Source of the DNA: Eledone cirrhosa
Taxonomy: Eukaryota
DNA: 64,000 nucleotides
Direction of reading: 5' to 3'
Assembly (NCBI GenBank): GCA_964016885.1
Contig: OZ024745.1
Coordinates: forward strand, 32,054,001-32,118,000
A program made the translations under genes and the position numbers. The notes under the pieces are model-generated. The model did no database searches. It saw only the letters and a program-made list of their open reading frames with translations, and was not told where the DNA came from. Positions 24,501 through 37,075 of this stretch are shown here, piece after piece (the stretch's first letter is position 1; every line of letters begins with the position of its first letter).

Positions 24501-25426
24501 ACACATACATATCATCATCATCTCATCATCTTCGTTTAACGTCCATTTTCCACGCTAGCATGGGTTAGACAGTTATATATATATATATATATATATATCA
24601 CATTAAAGGGCCAGAAATGAAGATGGACACAGAAAACGACATTGATTTATATGCATGTAATTCTCAAATACTTAAGCAGATGTGTTGTGGGAACCAGTTT
24701 GGTACACTGAAAGGTCTTTGGATTCACAGCTCAAGATGGTATATGCAGAACTGTAATGTCAATCAGATGGTAAATATCAATAGTACCCAAGAGGTAAACC
24801 ACAGAGGTACAGTCAATGTACCTACAGAGAATAGCAAGGGCAAGTGAATGAAGGTTAGGTAGCCAAAAGTAAACAATCTGTCTACCTACAAGGAGTTTGA
24901 AAAATGCAACACTGAAGAAAATGAAAGGTAAAAGGAAGAAGGCACAGTTTCAGATACTAACTGATTCAGTCTCACATAGGAGAGGAATGTTTGACACACT
25001 AAGTAGAGACAGGAAGAAGAATGCACTAGGTGGCAACCAAAGGAGACAGTGTAGAAAGCTTGCCAAACAAGGTGTTAGGAGGACCCTCGAGTTTGTGTCA
25101 AAAGACACAGCTTCTTCTCTGCACTTTTCGGTTTGGCAGGAGTCATGAGTACAGGGTGGCATTTAGTTTAGGGTGTTTGCTGAGGGTTAGTAGACTGATT
25201 GGAGCAATAACGGTTTTATTTACATATATACACACACTCACACAAAGTAAGGGTGATTCCAATTACTTTTTTCAGAGCACAACATAATAGAATTAACAAT
25301 GTATGATACTAGGGAAAATGTAGATATATATTCTACAGGAAGCACTTGAATCCTAACTAGAAAAAGAAATCCAGAAAGAGACCATAGCAAAACCACAGCA
25401 GATCCTCTTCCAAGACTGCCTTGCAA

Positions 25427-25715
25427 GTGGTAAATTCCCCAGAAAGTTAAAGAAAGGCATGATATGCCCTTTCCATAAAGAGCAGATGCTAAAAATTACA
25501 AGCCTATCTCCCTGACCTTACATATCAGCAAATTATTGAATGCTTCATGAGAAGGAAACTGATAATGTTTCTATCAGAAAATGACTTGCTAACTGACACC
25601 TAGCATGGATTTCATTGGGAAAGAAGCTGCCTTGGTCGTCTTTTTCAGCACTATGACTAGGTGTTGAAATAGCTGTTAAATGGCTCAAATGTGGATATGA
25701 CATATCTCAAATTTA
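25427..25715 (+). mobile_element. CR1/L2/Jockey-type RT fragment
   Basis: KNYKPISLTLHISKLL, *HGF, RSCL and NGSNVDMTYL motifs with stops. Confidence 0.6.
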
Positions 25716-26066
25716 CATCCACTAAACAACCACTTTTGCCCTAGCAATGACTGGTTTCATCGCTTTGCTCACATCATGGACAGATATGGCTGGCAGCACG
25801 TGTACCTGTATACTTTCTTCTAAGAAGAAAAAAAGGGCTGTGGATTTGGCAGGGTTGTTAGAGTGTTGGAAAAATACATAACAATAATTGTTCCAGCACT
25901 TTATGTTCTGAATTCAAATCCCACTGAGGTCAACTTTGCTATTTGGGGTTAAGAAAAGAAAATATCAGTCAAATACTAGTGTTGATTTCATCGGCTTTTG
26001 CCTTTCCCTCAAAATTACTGACCTTGTAATAAGAAGAAAAAGAAAAAGAAAAAGTAGAAATCTTAC

Positions 26067-27386
26067 TCGGTAAAGTTTTTCAGAATAATGTTCTGACATC
26101 TGATGAAAAAGTTTCCTCTTTGTCTTTAATCTGTGTCCAGTGTCTGATCCAGTGGCATTGTCTAACGCAATTCGATATGAAGATTTGTCTCTTTGCTCAC
26201 TATCAGAACTATTGGTATAAGTGGAAACAGAATAGACTGAGGCAGAATTCAAATCTATCTGCTTGGGGTCAATCTGAATATCCTGAATGTCATCATCTTG
26301 GTCAGATATAATCTCTTCTGTATTGAAATTAGTTCTGTTCAATCCATTGTTACTTTGCTGGCTGTGTCGTCTCTTTCGAACAGAAACTACAGAACCATCA
26401 GGAAGTGTTATCTTAGAATCTCCAGCTTCGTCTAAATATAGTGAATTATTAGTATAAACACCTGAACTGATATTAGGTGTTATTTGGATGATACCAAGAT
26501 CAGAATTAGCACCAGTGACAGTTTCACGATTATTAATACTTGTAACAGAGTAAATTGTATTTGCAGTCACTTCTGGTGTCAGATGTGCTCCAGTGTTGTG
26601 TTGATTTGCATTAGATCGTCCTGTAACTTTTAAATTTGAAAGAAGATTTGTATTTACTTTGTTTATTATTGTTGGCGATTGAGTGTTTCTGGACGGTGAA
26701 TTATTCAGTTGGTCTTCTACATCCTCAAGGATATCAGACTGGGAATATACTGAGGAAACTTGCAGATAACTCGTGTTATTACTGGTTACCTCATTGACAC
26801 TGGTATTAGAGATCAATTGGTTGCTATTGCTACTTAATCCATGGTTAATCTGAGTAACTCCTGTGATAAAGCTACTGTCTCCAGTTGAGAGAGAAAGTTC
26901 ATTAGCCTCTTCTACTGAACTGTGCAAAGAGGGATTTCTGTCTACCAAATATAAACCGTTCCCAGTTTTTCCGTCAGATACAGCAATACCCACACTTTTG
27001 CTGATGTTCAATATAGCTTCAGCCAGCAGAGGGGTATATTCACCTGAGCCGATTTCTAAAGCCAATGCCCCACTTAATCCTAACGAAGAACCAGGTGCAC
27101 TATCAGCGCCTTGGAGTCGGCGCCGCCGTTGCATTTCAGCTTTTTTGGTTTCGCTCAACAAACATACCCATTTCCGTCTGACATCGTTCACAGTTCGATG
27201 TTCACCCATGACGGATTCAACAGAATTAACTTTATGAGCAATGCATTCCCAAGCATGTTGCTTCGCTTGATTAGATACAGGTGTGTTGCGTTTGGTGAAC
27301 AAAATATCTTTTCTGGCTTGTACATTAGCAACTAAGACTTCAAGTTCTTGCTTTGTAAAATTTGCTTTTCTTTTCCGGGATAACAT
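26067..27386 (-). CDS. First coding exon of Myb/SANT-like (MSANTD4/NAIF1-type) DNA-binding protein, 440 codons
   Basis: N-terminal RKRKANFTKQELEVLV...KQHAWECIAHKVNS...RTVNDVRRKW is a Myb/SANT-like (Harbinger-type) domain. Donor CGA|gtaaga at 26066. The acceptor at 27418-27419 implies an upstream 5'UTR exon. Confidence 0.9.
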
Positions 27387-30300
27387 TTTTATTAATTTTC
27401 ATAAATTTATGTACTTTCTGAAGTATAAAAGAAAAAAAATCATAAAATAATCATTATAAACAATTTTTAAAATGACGAGCATTCTTTAACTAAATATATT
27501 TCCTATTGAGGCACCAATCCACACAATTCGGAAAAAGAATTTCATTTCCCGAAGAAATTAGTGGCTTAAGTGCTTCAACTAGGAATCGAAAGACTATTTG
27601 TCTGAGTGTTAAAACTAAACCTATGATTTTGTTATGATCTGTTTAAGTATATAATAAAGTGATATCATGAAAGAGGGAGGGGAAGAGCAGTTTACTGACA
27701 TAATTTTAAAGTAATAAATAACATTAAAACAAAAATGGACTTTAAAATATTGAAATGGCAATCTAAATGGTTGTTATTGATATTAAAACCCCACTATTAT
27801 CGTATCTAAGTATTTTAGTAATATAATAACGTTATCATACTCTCAAAACGAGTAATCAATCGCAACTAAGAAAGTGTGCAGAATTGTGCAGCTATAAAAA
27901 TGATAAATCGTAATCACAACAGAATATGGTATTATCAAAGTCGAAAGTCTTTACAAACCACCTAGCTCTGTCTTATTGTTTGTGATACCAATAACTAAAC
28001 TGCCTTAACTAACTTATTCTCTCTCTCTCACAGACTATCTTAGTATTCATTTATCGATAGTATTACTGTGTTGTGAGCTTTTATTGTATTTCTGTCTCAC
28101 AGAAATGATAGTTATAAGAATTATAGTGAGAAAATTATTGTTTAAAACCACGAGTAAATTTAATCCATCAAAATTTTGTTGGAATCGAAATTTATATTGT
28201 CAGTTTGCATTAGAGATGTATAATATTTTTGACGATTGATTGGAAATGAAAAAGGGTTTGTTTTTATCATATATGTAAACAAGTTCACAAATATGTAAAC
28301 ATGTGGTCAGCTAAAATACAAAACGTAAAAAAATAAATATCTTTCTTTACTGTTTTATTGACTTTTTTTTCTTATTTTTGCCGTTTCTTATCGTCTTTAA
28401 AATCATTTGTAAATTATTTTAAAATCAAGATGTTTCTATTTAACGCTGTGTGTAGTTCTCTATCTCAGATTCCTCAGAGGGCAGCGTAGTAATCTTAATA
28501 CGGAGACATAAGTACTAACAAATAAAACTGTGTCAGTCTTAAATCGTTTTTCTACATTTAAAAAAATAAATCTCTTACAGAAAGAAAAATAGATATAAAG
28601 GAGAAATTTCTTTCTTTCTTTTTTTTTTGCTATTCTCAAATTAAACTATATATACAGATATTGGGGAAATATCTTCATGGGCGGAGCATTTACAAATCTT
28701 AAACATGCTTATTACGAACGATATAAAAATGCTAATTTCATAAGACTTTACGTATACAAACAAAATATATTTATATATAAACTAGCAGTGTAATAATTTT
28801 ACTCCCTTCAGCCAAAATGCCATCATTATAATTATTTTCCCTGGGAAAACTACTAGTAAAGACTTATATTGGTACTAGTAGTGATGTCACTGTAGTATCT
28901 GACTGGTCTGAAATGAGAGTTGCTGTAGATGACAAAACATGGATGACTCACTTCGCTGATTTCAATTCAGGACAGGTCATAAGTTTGCTTCTCTTTCTAA
29001 TGACTATTTCTTCTCCTTTTTTTCCCTGTACAATTCCCATCTTTTGAATAAGCGATTTTCTTTCTTACTTTTTTATGATTTTCAATTTTCATCGGCCATT
29101 TTCTTTTCCAATAAATTTCCGTCACACTACATGTGAGCTTTCTCTCTTCTGCCTCAGTTGTATACTTTCTCGTATCATATTTCTTTTTCTCCCATTTCGT
29201 TTTCTTTCTTGATCAAAATCATTCACGTATTCGTTCTTTTCTTCCATCTCTCTCTCTTATTTCCAATTCTGCTTTTCTTTTAATACCGTCCCTCTCAATC
29301 TGCTCTTATGATAATTCCTAATACTTAAATAAGTACCGCCATTATGTGAGACAGGGGAGGAAGAAGTAAACTACGACCTCGATAAACTACATTCTCTTTT
29401 TCTTTCACTTTATGCTATCTCTGTTATAATACACTCCCTATCATTTCTATCACTCTGTTTTTCTATCTCACTCTACTTGCTCTTCGTTCACTTTTTATCA
29501 TATCCTTCTCACTGTATTAGCGTTTTTCTATGTCTTATCTCTACTCCCACTCTCTTTATCACTCGTCTACGTTCCCCTTCCTTTTACCAATGACTGTAGC
29601 AACCAGCATAGTTACGTTGCTATTATGTCTACTGCTCTTTCCTCTGTCATAATGCAATTAATTGTAAAGTAGTAGTTGAACTGTTAGTAATCAGCTAGTC
29701 TGTCAGTACTGGTAGCGATCGTTGTTGCTCCGAACAAACAAGCAAGCAGGTCCTAAGCAGTGTGACCTGCTTATTATAGGAGTGAAAGGAGATAAGAGAA
29801 GTGTTAACCAAACAACGTTATAAAGGTGTCACAGAAAGCTTAATATTAAGTAGTCCTTTAATAGTGAGAGACAAATCAAACAAATAGGATTACACACAAA
29901 ATATAAATTGATGAATGAAATTGACTGCCTTTGAAATTCTTAGGTTTGTATGTATACATTGACAGTTACGACACGTTCTTCGCCTCCAAGCCTAGTCTCT
30001 TCGCCCACAAACCCAAACATACAATCTCCATTTCCTTAACTTTCCCTTTCTTTTTCATTCTTTTTTTTTTATTGCAAATATTATAGAAATGCTATGGACA
30101 AAGGTTTCCTTTTGCTGATAGTTTATCGAACCTTGTTTCAATCAAGAAAAAGTTTGGGTTAGAGATATTGAGAGCGTCCTGTTAATAATAGATAACTATC
30201 TTTCAGAAAATAAACAAATAATGATTTGTATACCAGACCATGCAGCAAACCTGTCAGCTCTCCCCGTCCGACGGGGAGATCTCCCACCCACTTTGGGTTT

Positions 30301-30988
30301 GGTGAGAGATGTCTTCTCTTGTGAAAATGGGTATAGCTTTCATTATCTTTGGGGCACTTTTTTCATGGTACTCCACGTTTTCAGAAGTTGGCAGATATTA
30401 AGCGAAATAAGGAAAGCTGATGAATTAGCAAAGGAGGAAGCACAGACGAAAATAATAGATATAGATTATATTCCGAATCTATCGCAAATTAAATCATTTA
30501 CCAAAAATATAGTCATGGGTGGGAAAATTTGGGGGAAGAATCTGGAGATAATCCTCAAATTTCAATCTTCTAGTATTTCGGCCAGAACTGTCAACATTTA
30601 AAACAACAGGCACTGAAAATTGTTAATAAAGACTATGCTGGAGTTGAATAGGACATAGACGGTTGAACTATATTTTATCACGAACAGGTCATAGAGAATC
30701 CCCTCTATATTCTTGTGGAGACTGGCCGTAAACTCTTTGGCACTATTGGTTCCAATGTTGAAACTATCAGTCTGAGAGAGAGAGAGGACATCTTGAAGTT
30801 GATCATTAAAAAACTACCAAGACTGGAGATACAATTTATTGTCTAAGATCTACCAGCTATAAACAATATGTTTTAGTATATAGAGATCACCTTTTTAAAA
30901 TGTTATTTATGTATAGCTGTAGTTAAGCTATATAAATAATAAAGTTGATAACAAGCTGTGATTTGTTAGATTATTATTTAATAAAGAA

Positions 30989-31590
30989 CGGTGGATTGAT
31001 AGTATCGGTAGAGCGTCGGACAACATGCTTCGCGACATAGTTACGGTTCTTTACGTTCTGAGTTCAAATCCCGTCGAGGTCGGCTTTACTTTTCATCCTT
31101 ACTGGGTCAATAAATAAAGTATTACACTGTGGTCGATTTAATCGACTTCCCCCTCCCCAAAAAACTGTTGGCCTTGTGCTTAAATCAGAAACCATTATCC
31201 TGCCGAGGTTAACTTTGCCTTTCATCTTTACGGGGTCGATAAAATAAAGTACCAGTAATGCACTGGGTAATTGCTGGCCTTGTGCCAAAAAGTAGAAACA
31301 ATTATTTAATGAAGAACAAATAATTGTTTCTACTTTCGGCACAAGGCCAGCAATTATCCAGTGCATTACTGGTACTTTATTTTATCGACCCCGTAAGGAT
31401 GAAAGGCAAAGTTAACCTCGGCGGGATTTGAACTCAGAATGGCAAGGGCCGTAACTCTATGCGTCAAAGCATGGCGTCCGACCCTCTACCGATACTGCCA
31501 GTCCACCAAATAATTGTTTCTACTTTTTGGCACAATGCCAGCAATTATCCAGTGTATTACTGGTACTTTATTTTAGCCAGTCCACCAAAT
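30989..31590. mobile_element. SINE cluster: plus copy with duplicated 3' half, minus copy (31321-31508) and a fragment
   Basis: Same SINE family as 13683-13868, arranged tail-to-tail. Confidence 0.8.
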
Positions 31591-31668
31591 AATGTGAGAA
31601 AATCTCCCGAGCGAAAATTATATTACAATGCATTATGGGCATAGAAATTCCGCAGTGAATGGACACAG

Positions 31669-32440
31669 TTAAGAGAATAAGCAACCACAGTTCGTCTATT
31701 AGAATTTCACAGGTAATGCTCTACATAGCTTCTGCACCTCAGAACTGTTGATTGTTATTGAAACTGTTAATGTGTTTTCACCACTCGTCCAGTGAATGTA
31801 GTTAATTGGTTCTTTGGCGGCTGTTCGTCGTCAGAGGTCGGGTTGACTTCAATCTATCGATGGAAACCGTGTCCTGTCTTCCAGTCAAGAGTTGAAATGA
31901 CTTATCCTCTGGAGGAATCACTTCATATGGTCCATCATAGGTGACTGGGAGGAATCTTTGAATAATGCTAGGAATCTTTGTCCAGTATGTTTATCGGCTA
32001 AAAGCCCTGGAGTTTTTCGGAGTCGATGGTAAAGAGCGCTTGAAGCTGCATAGTTTTTTTACACTGGGTAACTTTTGCTCCAAATTTCTTGTGATAGAAA
32101 CAAATGTCAATTTGTGCGTCCTCACTCTGACTTGGAGTTGACCTCATAGCGTTGATTACAAATGCTTGTGTGCTGGCTGCTTTTTCTAACTCACGTAGGT
32201 CTTTGAGCTCAGTTTGAGTTACGAGTGACTGGATTTGGTGGGGGGTTAACGAACGCAAGAATATTTCCTTGAACAGAAAAGCTGGTATAGTAAACTGAAG
32301 CTCGGCTTGTACCAACCATATTTTAGCTCTTTTTGACAAGAACTGGACAGCTTCAGCTCTACAGTGTTTTCACATATCATGATTACGTGCTTTTTTATTC
32401 TAGGGGTTAAAGTTAAGAGAATATGCGATCACAGTTCGTC
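31669..32440 (-). mobile_element. Collapsed Gypsy relic (gag and integrase-tail fragments)
   Basis: IWLVQAELQF and ICFYHKKFGAK gag motifs, then YDGPYEVI and QDTVSIDRL integrase tail. Short direct repeat GTTAAGAGAAT...CACAGTTCGTC at 31669 and 32412. Confidence 0.6.
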
Positions 32441-32814
32441 GGTTATAGGTTCGTAGCTAATGTTCTACATCTGCTTCTTTTTTATTGACCTTCCTTTTTT
32501 TATCTCTCTGTTTACATTGTTTCTGTTTCTTAACTGTAAGTGGTACTAGATACCTCCCACCTCGTTTGTCGTGGCTTACTAGCTCTTTAAGAGCGTTCAA
32601 ATTGATTAAAGAAAGAAAGAAAGAAAGAAATATACAATCCAATTGGAATTTATTGAATAAACTATAATTAAGGTACCTAAAACATTTCATTTTGATGGAT
32701 TTATGGTGTCATATAAGTGCTTTAGAGTAAGTGTCCTCTACTGATGCCTTAGGCTGACGGACTTGTGAGTGAATTTGGTAAACAGATACTGTCTTGTGTG
32801 TGTGTGTTCATCGT

Positions 32815-34400
32815 CATTTTCCAGACTTACATAGATTGGATGGGGCTTTTGCCTTTCACTCATAGAGAGATATATTTGTTGTCAACAAGAGTAGTAACTC
32901 CCTGAATACTTTCCATTTTGTTTTTATTCTAGCTACTATACTTTGAAAGCAACCTCTTCCACTGCTAGTTAGGTTGCCTGGAGTTGGAAAGTTTATTTCA
33001 CTGGTACTCTTTTTACTAACTACCTTTGTGTATCTGCCATTTACAAAGTTTACTTTTTCTCTTAACCTACCTGCTCTCCCACTATACCTTTTGTGGACAC
33101 ATATTTTATATTGTGTACATCGTATGAAGAAAAGACATATTCTACCCACTCCGTTTCTACATATCGAGCACAGCCATTTCCCTGGTGGTATCAGAGTCTA
33201 ATCTTTCTTAGTAAGACTTTGGTCTTTGGTAAGCTAACTCTGAGCGCTTTTAATTCTAAGTTCTGTTATCACAACAAGAATTTCTTCTTCAAGTCCTCAA
33301 CATATAGAACATTCAATAGGCAACTGGTCATAAATTCTTCTATTATGGCCTGGAGAACTATTATGAATCGATGTGGATCAATAACAGAACTCTGATAAAC
33401 ACTTACCTGCATATTGAATTCCTCGCTAAAACCATTACCTACTCTTACCATACTGACTCTGTACATGACTTGCATTGCTCCCACAAGCCACTAAGTTTCC
33501 TTAAGAACTACCAGAAAATAGATCGTAATACTCTGTTAAAAGTCTTTTCCAAATCAACGAAAACTAGATATAGTGGCTTACACTTAGTTAGGAACTGTTC
33601 TTGTAATTGTCTTACTAAGGGAGTATCTGTGGTGTTCAATTGACTTTTTTTCCAAATTAGTTGTACTAAACACTCTTTCAGTTGCTTTCATAATTTGATC
33701 CATCAGTTTTACACCTTTTACCTTGTAACAATTAATGATTATACTGCTATATCTGTCATTGAGTGTGGCACCATTATGTATTACCTAATTGACTGTGCAA
33801 GTGATTAGCTCAATTTTTACTTCACCAGATAATTTCACCATTGCACCGACTATATCTGATGGTCCAGAAACTTTTCTATTTTTCATCTCTCTGATTATTT
33901 CTTAAGCTGTCAACTTCGATAGCCGGTACTTCTATTAAGTCCACTGAGGGAAACCACTCATCCTTCTGTTCATTCTCCATATTCAGCAACCTTTCACATT
34001 AACATTTCCAAGCCTCTTTCTTCTGGGCATCAGTGAGGCTGTGTGCCAATGCCCTTTCGAACACACTTTTTCCCCAAAATATTCCTATTCACATTGAAAT
34101 ACTGCTTTGCAATAGAGAACACCTTATGCCTCAAATTATCACGTCTAGCTTTTCTTTTAGATACTTCGCATTGTTCTTTACTGCCTCCATTTTCCCAGTC
34201 GTTTTATGCAAGTCTCTTAGTTTTAATGGCTCTATTTACAGTACTATTCCACCACCAAGTCATCCTTCGTCTGGCTGTTACCTTTCATTGTAAGTACCAC
34301 TTAGAACCTTTTTGAACCTATATGTAACAGGGCGGTTCTTTGGCGTCCATAACCACCTTCTTCATATTTTCCTGTGCTTCTGATTTTGTCTAGTTTTCAT
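32815..34400 (-). mobile_element. Old decayed RTE LINE
   Basis: Fragments VRVGNGFSEEFNMQV, FVDLEKTF and VARIKTKWKVFRELL are homologous to the 20303 element. Confidence 0.75.
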
Positions 34401-35030
34401 TCTGATGGCACTAGTCTGCTGGGTGATACATTCTTCTTCGGAAATAAACTTAATATTTATCTGGTCTATCTCGTTTTCGATCGTGAAAGAAATCAATGTG
34501 GTTTGTGTGTAATGAATAACAGTTAAATGTCATTTCTGGTTAAAACTATACAAGGAATTTCAGTTTGGAGTAACGGATGTGTTGATGTTTAGCATCAGTG
34601 ATATATTTGTAATGGAAATGTTTTGTTTTTCATATTTTTTTATACCTTTATATTTTTAACGTTTCCTGCATATTTTATCAAAATGAAGAAAAAAAATTAT
34701 TTAAGGGTAACGAATAGATTTGATGAAAAAAATGTTTGTATCATCATCATCACTGTTTTCGTCCGTTTTCCATGTTAGTATGGGTTGGAATGATTGTCGT
34801 GGCCAAAATTTAGACGGGTCTGAAGACCACGTCTTGCTCATACGTTCCATTTTGGTATGGTTTTTATAGCTGAATATCCTTCCTAACACCAACCACTTCA
34901 CAGAGTTCATTTGGGGGATGGTATCAGGGCACCAGCACTTACCACTTTACAGAGTGTTTTGGGTGCATTTTATCAAGGCACAAAACGCTACCACTTTACA
35001 GAATGTACTCGGGGCATTTTATCGTGGCAC

Positions 35031-35432
35031 TGTAGCAGTGAATAAAATGTATTTTCCTTCTGCGGCGGAATGGTGTTACGGAGGTAAGTTGGCTGAAGTG
35101 TGAGCCAATCGAAACCTTCGGTGCACTAATTCGACTGTCCAGAACTACGTCACCAGGTGAGCGGAGGTGACCAAGAGAAACATTAGTCTACACGCACCTC
35201 TCTTATCGACAAGACCAGGCTACACTCATCGCTGCTAACAACATCTCCATCTTGCAATGAAGCGGACCAAACTACATCCTACACATGTAGATACGACCTG
35301 TACCTAATGTATCCGTTCAACATGTACGACTAATAAATAGAGTTACAACATCGATAATGGATTTAGTCAATGTTCTAAATGCCTTCTGATTTCTATTATG
35401 TATACCAAGAATTGACCCTAAAACCCGTTATA
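35031..35432 (+). repeat. 5' LTR
   Basis: TGTAGC...GTTATA, near-identical to 40412-40813. Contains AATAAA. Confidence 0.95.
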
Positions 35433-35434
35433 AA

Positions 35435-35452
35435 TGGTGACCCCGACGTGAT
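35435..35452 (+). other. Primer-binding site complementary to tRNA-Trp 3' end
   Basis: TGGTGACCCCGACGTGAT is the reverse complement of ATCACGTCGGGGTCACCA, the metazoan tRNA-Trp 3' end as I recall it. Confidence 0.85.
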
Positions 35453-36098
35453 ACGATACAACAAATCACGTTATAAATGGTGACCCGAACGTTTAAGGAC
35501 ATCAACACAGAAGAAACCACATCTTTCCGTTGCAACGAACACATCAACATTTCGCATCCCCCCCCCCCCCAAAAAAAAACAAAGCCACTCGCCTTTTCTC
35601 GGGGTATGTACGCGATTAGCGTGAGTCCTAATATGTATTTGATATATTGTCTTATTGTTACTAAATCTGCACATCACACCTTCACTTTCTAACATCACCG
35701 AACACATGCGTTAATACAAAAATCTAAATACTCTAAATTTCTGATTGGGCGACGCTATAAAAAAACTAAAAAAAAAAAAAAAAACTGTTGGCGCCGATGG
35801 CCGGTCAGAGCAAGATGGCCGACTTCCGTCTTCTTCAGCTGTTTTCCCGCCAAAATGACGGAGGCAACGCCATTTTGAAAAGTACACAAAAAAAAAAAAA
35901 AAATAATAGGACAAAGATAAATCATAATTTTTTTTTTAAAGCTTGACGTTTTTCCCTCCAACATTGTTTTTGATATATTTTTCTTTTTCTGTCCTTCACT
36001 CGGATTATATTTTTTCTTGGCCTGAATTTTCACTTTTGTCTCGGTGACAAGTGCAGAGTTGTCCTTTCTTTGCCCTTTTTTTTACATCAGTATACACA

Positions 36099-37058
36099 AT
36101 GGGTAGCACTTCATTGCCACCGTTTACCGGTGACGTCACTGTCTGGTTCGCCCAGATAGAAGCACATTTCACAGCGAATAACATCACCGGTGACCACAGA
36201 CAGTTAAATCTCCTGTTAAGCGCTTTTCCAGCGTCATTGACGTCGGTCGTCAAAGACTTAATTACAGATCCTCGCCCTGGGGCCTCCTATGAGAGCGTGA
36301 AGCTCGAAGTGTTGCGGCGGACCACATTGTCCGCAGAAAAAAAATTTCAGACGCTCGTCAATGACGAACATTTGGGTGATCGGACGCCCACACAACTACT
36401 GCGTCGGATGAGAGAGCTGGCGGAAGATGCCCCAGCTGACAGTGCCCTCCTTAGACAGCTTTTTGTCTCAAGGCTACCCCCCGGAGTTCAGGCGATCTTA
36501 GCGCCCATGATGGAGGCTGCTCCTGTCGACCAGCTAGCGGCTTCGGCCGACAGGGTTATGAGTGTCATCGGACACCCAGCCTCATTTGCCCCCTTCCAGG
36601 CACCTCAGCCACCGGCTGCGGTCAATCCGTTCTCTCCTGCCTCCTTCCAGGCACCTCAGCCACCGGCTGCGGTCAATCCGTTCTCTCCTGCCTCCTTCCA
36701 GGCACCTCAGCCACCGGCTGCGGTCAATCCGTTCACTCCTGTCTCCTTCAATGTATCCCAGCCGCCGACTGCGGTCGCTTCCTTCACTCCAGCGGCTGCC
36801 AGTTATACCGACCAGTCACTTGCAAATGCAGCAATGCTGCAAGCAATAGAGCAGCTAACCAAGGAAGTGAGAAAACTAAGCACTCACAGGGCTCATTCGC
36901 CCAGACGCCGTTTCCAGAGCCGTTCACCCTCGCCACGACGCCGTCACACAAGCAGTTCAGGTTTGTGTTACTACCACAGCCGTTTTGGCGCAGCAGCACG
37001 CTCCTGTAAACAGCCTTGTACATTTTCGGACCAGGGAAACAGATTTCAGGAGACCTGA
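36099..37058 (+). CDS. gag: Gypsy Gag
   Basis: ATG at 36099, [23 protein letters not shown] and a C-terminal CYYHSRFG..C...C knuckle. Carries a 17-aa (51-bp) Pro/Ala tandem repeat. Confidence 0.92.
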   Translation: MGSTSLPPFTGDVTVWFAQIEAHFTANNITGDHRQLNLLLSAFPASLTSVVKDLITDPRPGASYESVKLEVLRRTTLSAEKKFQTLVNDEHLGDRTPTQLLRRMRELAEDAPADSALLRQLFVSRLPPGVQAILAPMMEAAPVDQLAASADRVMSVIGHPASFAPFQAPQPPAAVNPFSPASFQAPQPPAAVNPFSPASFQAPQPPAAVNPFTPVSFNVSQPPTAVASFTPAAASYTDQSLANAAMLQAIEQLTKEVRKLSTHRAHSPRRRFQSRSPSPRRRHTSSSGLCYYHSRFGAAARSCKQPCTFSDQGNRFQET

Positions 37059-37075
37059 GCACGGCACAGTCTCCT
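37034..37075 (+). promoter_or_regulatory. -1 programmed ribosomal frameshift signal
   Basis: Slippery heptamer G GGA AAC (37034-37040) in the gag frame, with pol in the -1 frame. A GGAGAC...GTCTCC stem starts 8 nt downstream. Confidence 0.85.

Noticed and set aside
25965-26066. C-terminal extension of the 473-aa ORF (VRFLLFLFLF...)
   Set aside because: It is read-through into the intron past the gtaaga donor at 26066 and into a SINE remnant.
28880-28960. Possible C/D-box snoRNA (GTGATG...CTGA)
   Set aside because: Box C is imperfect, and there is no terminal stem or recognizable guide sequence.
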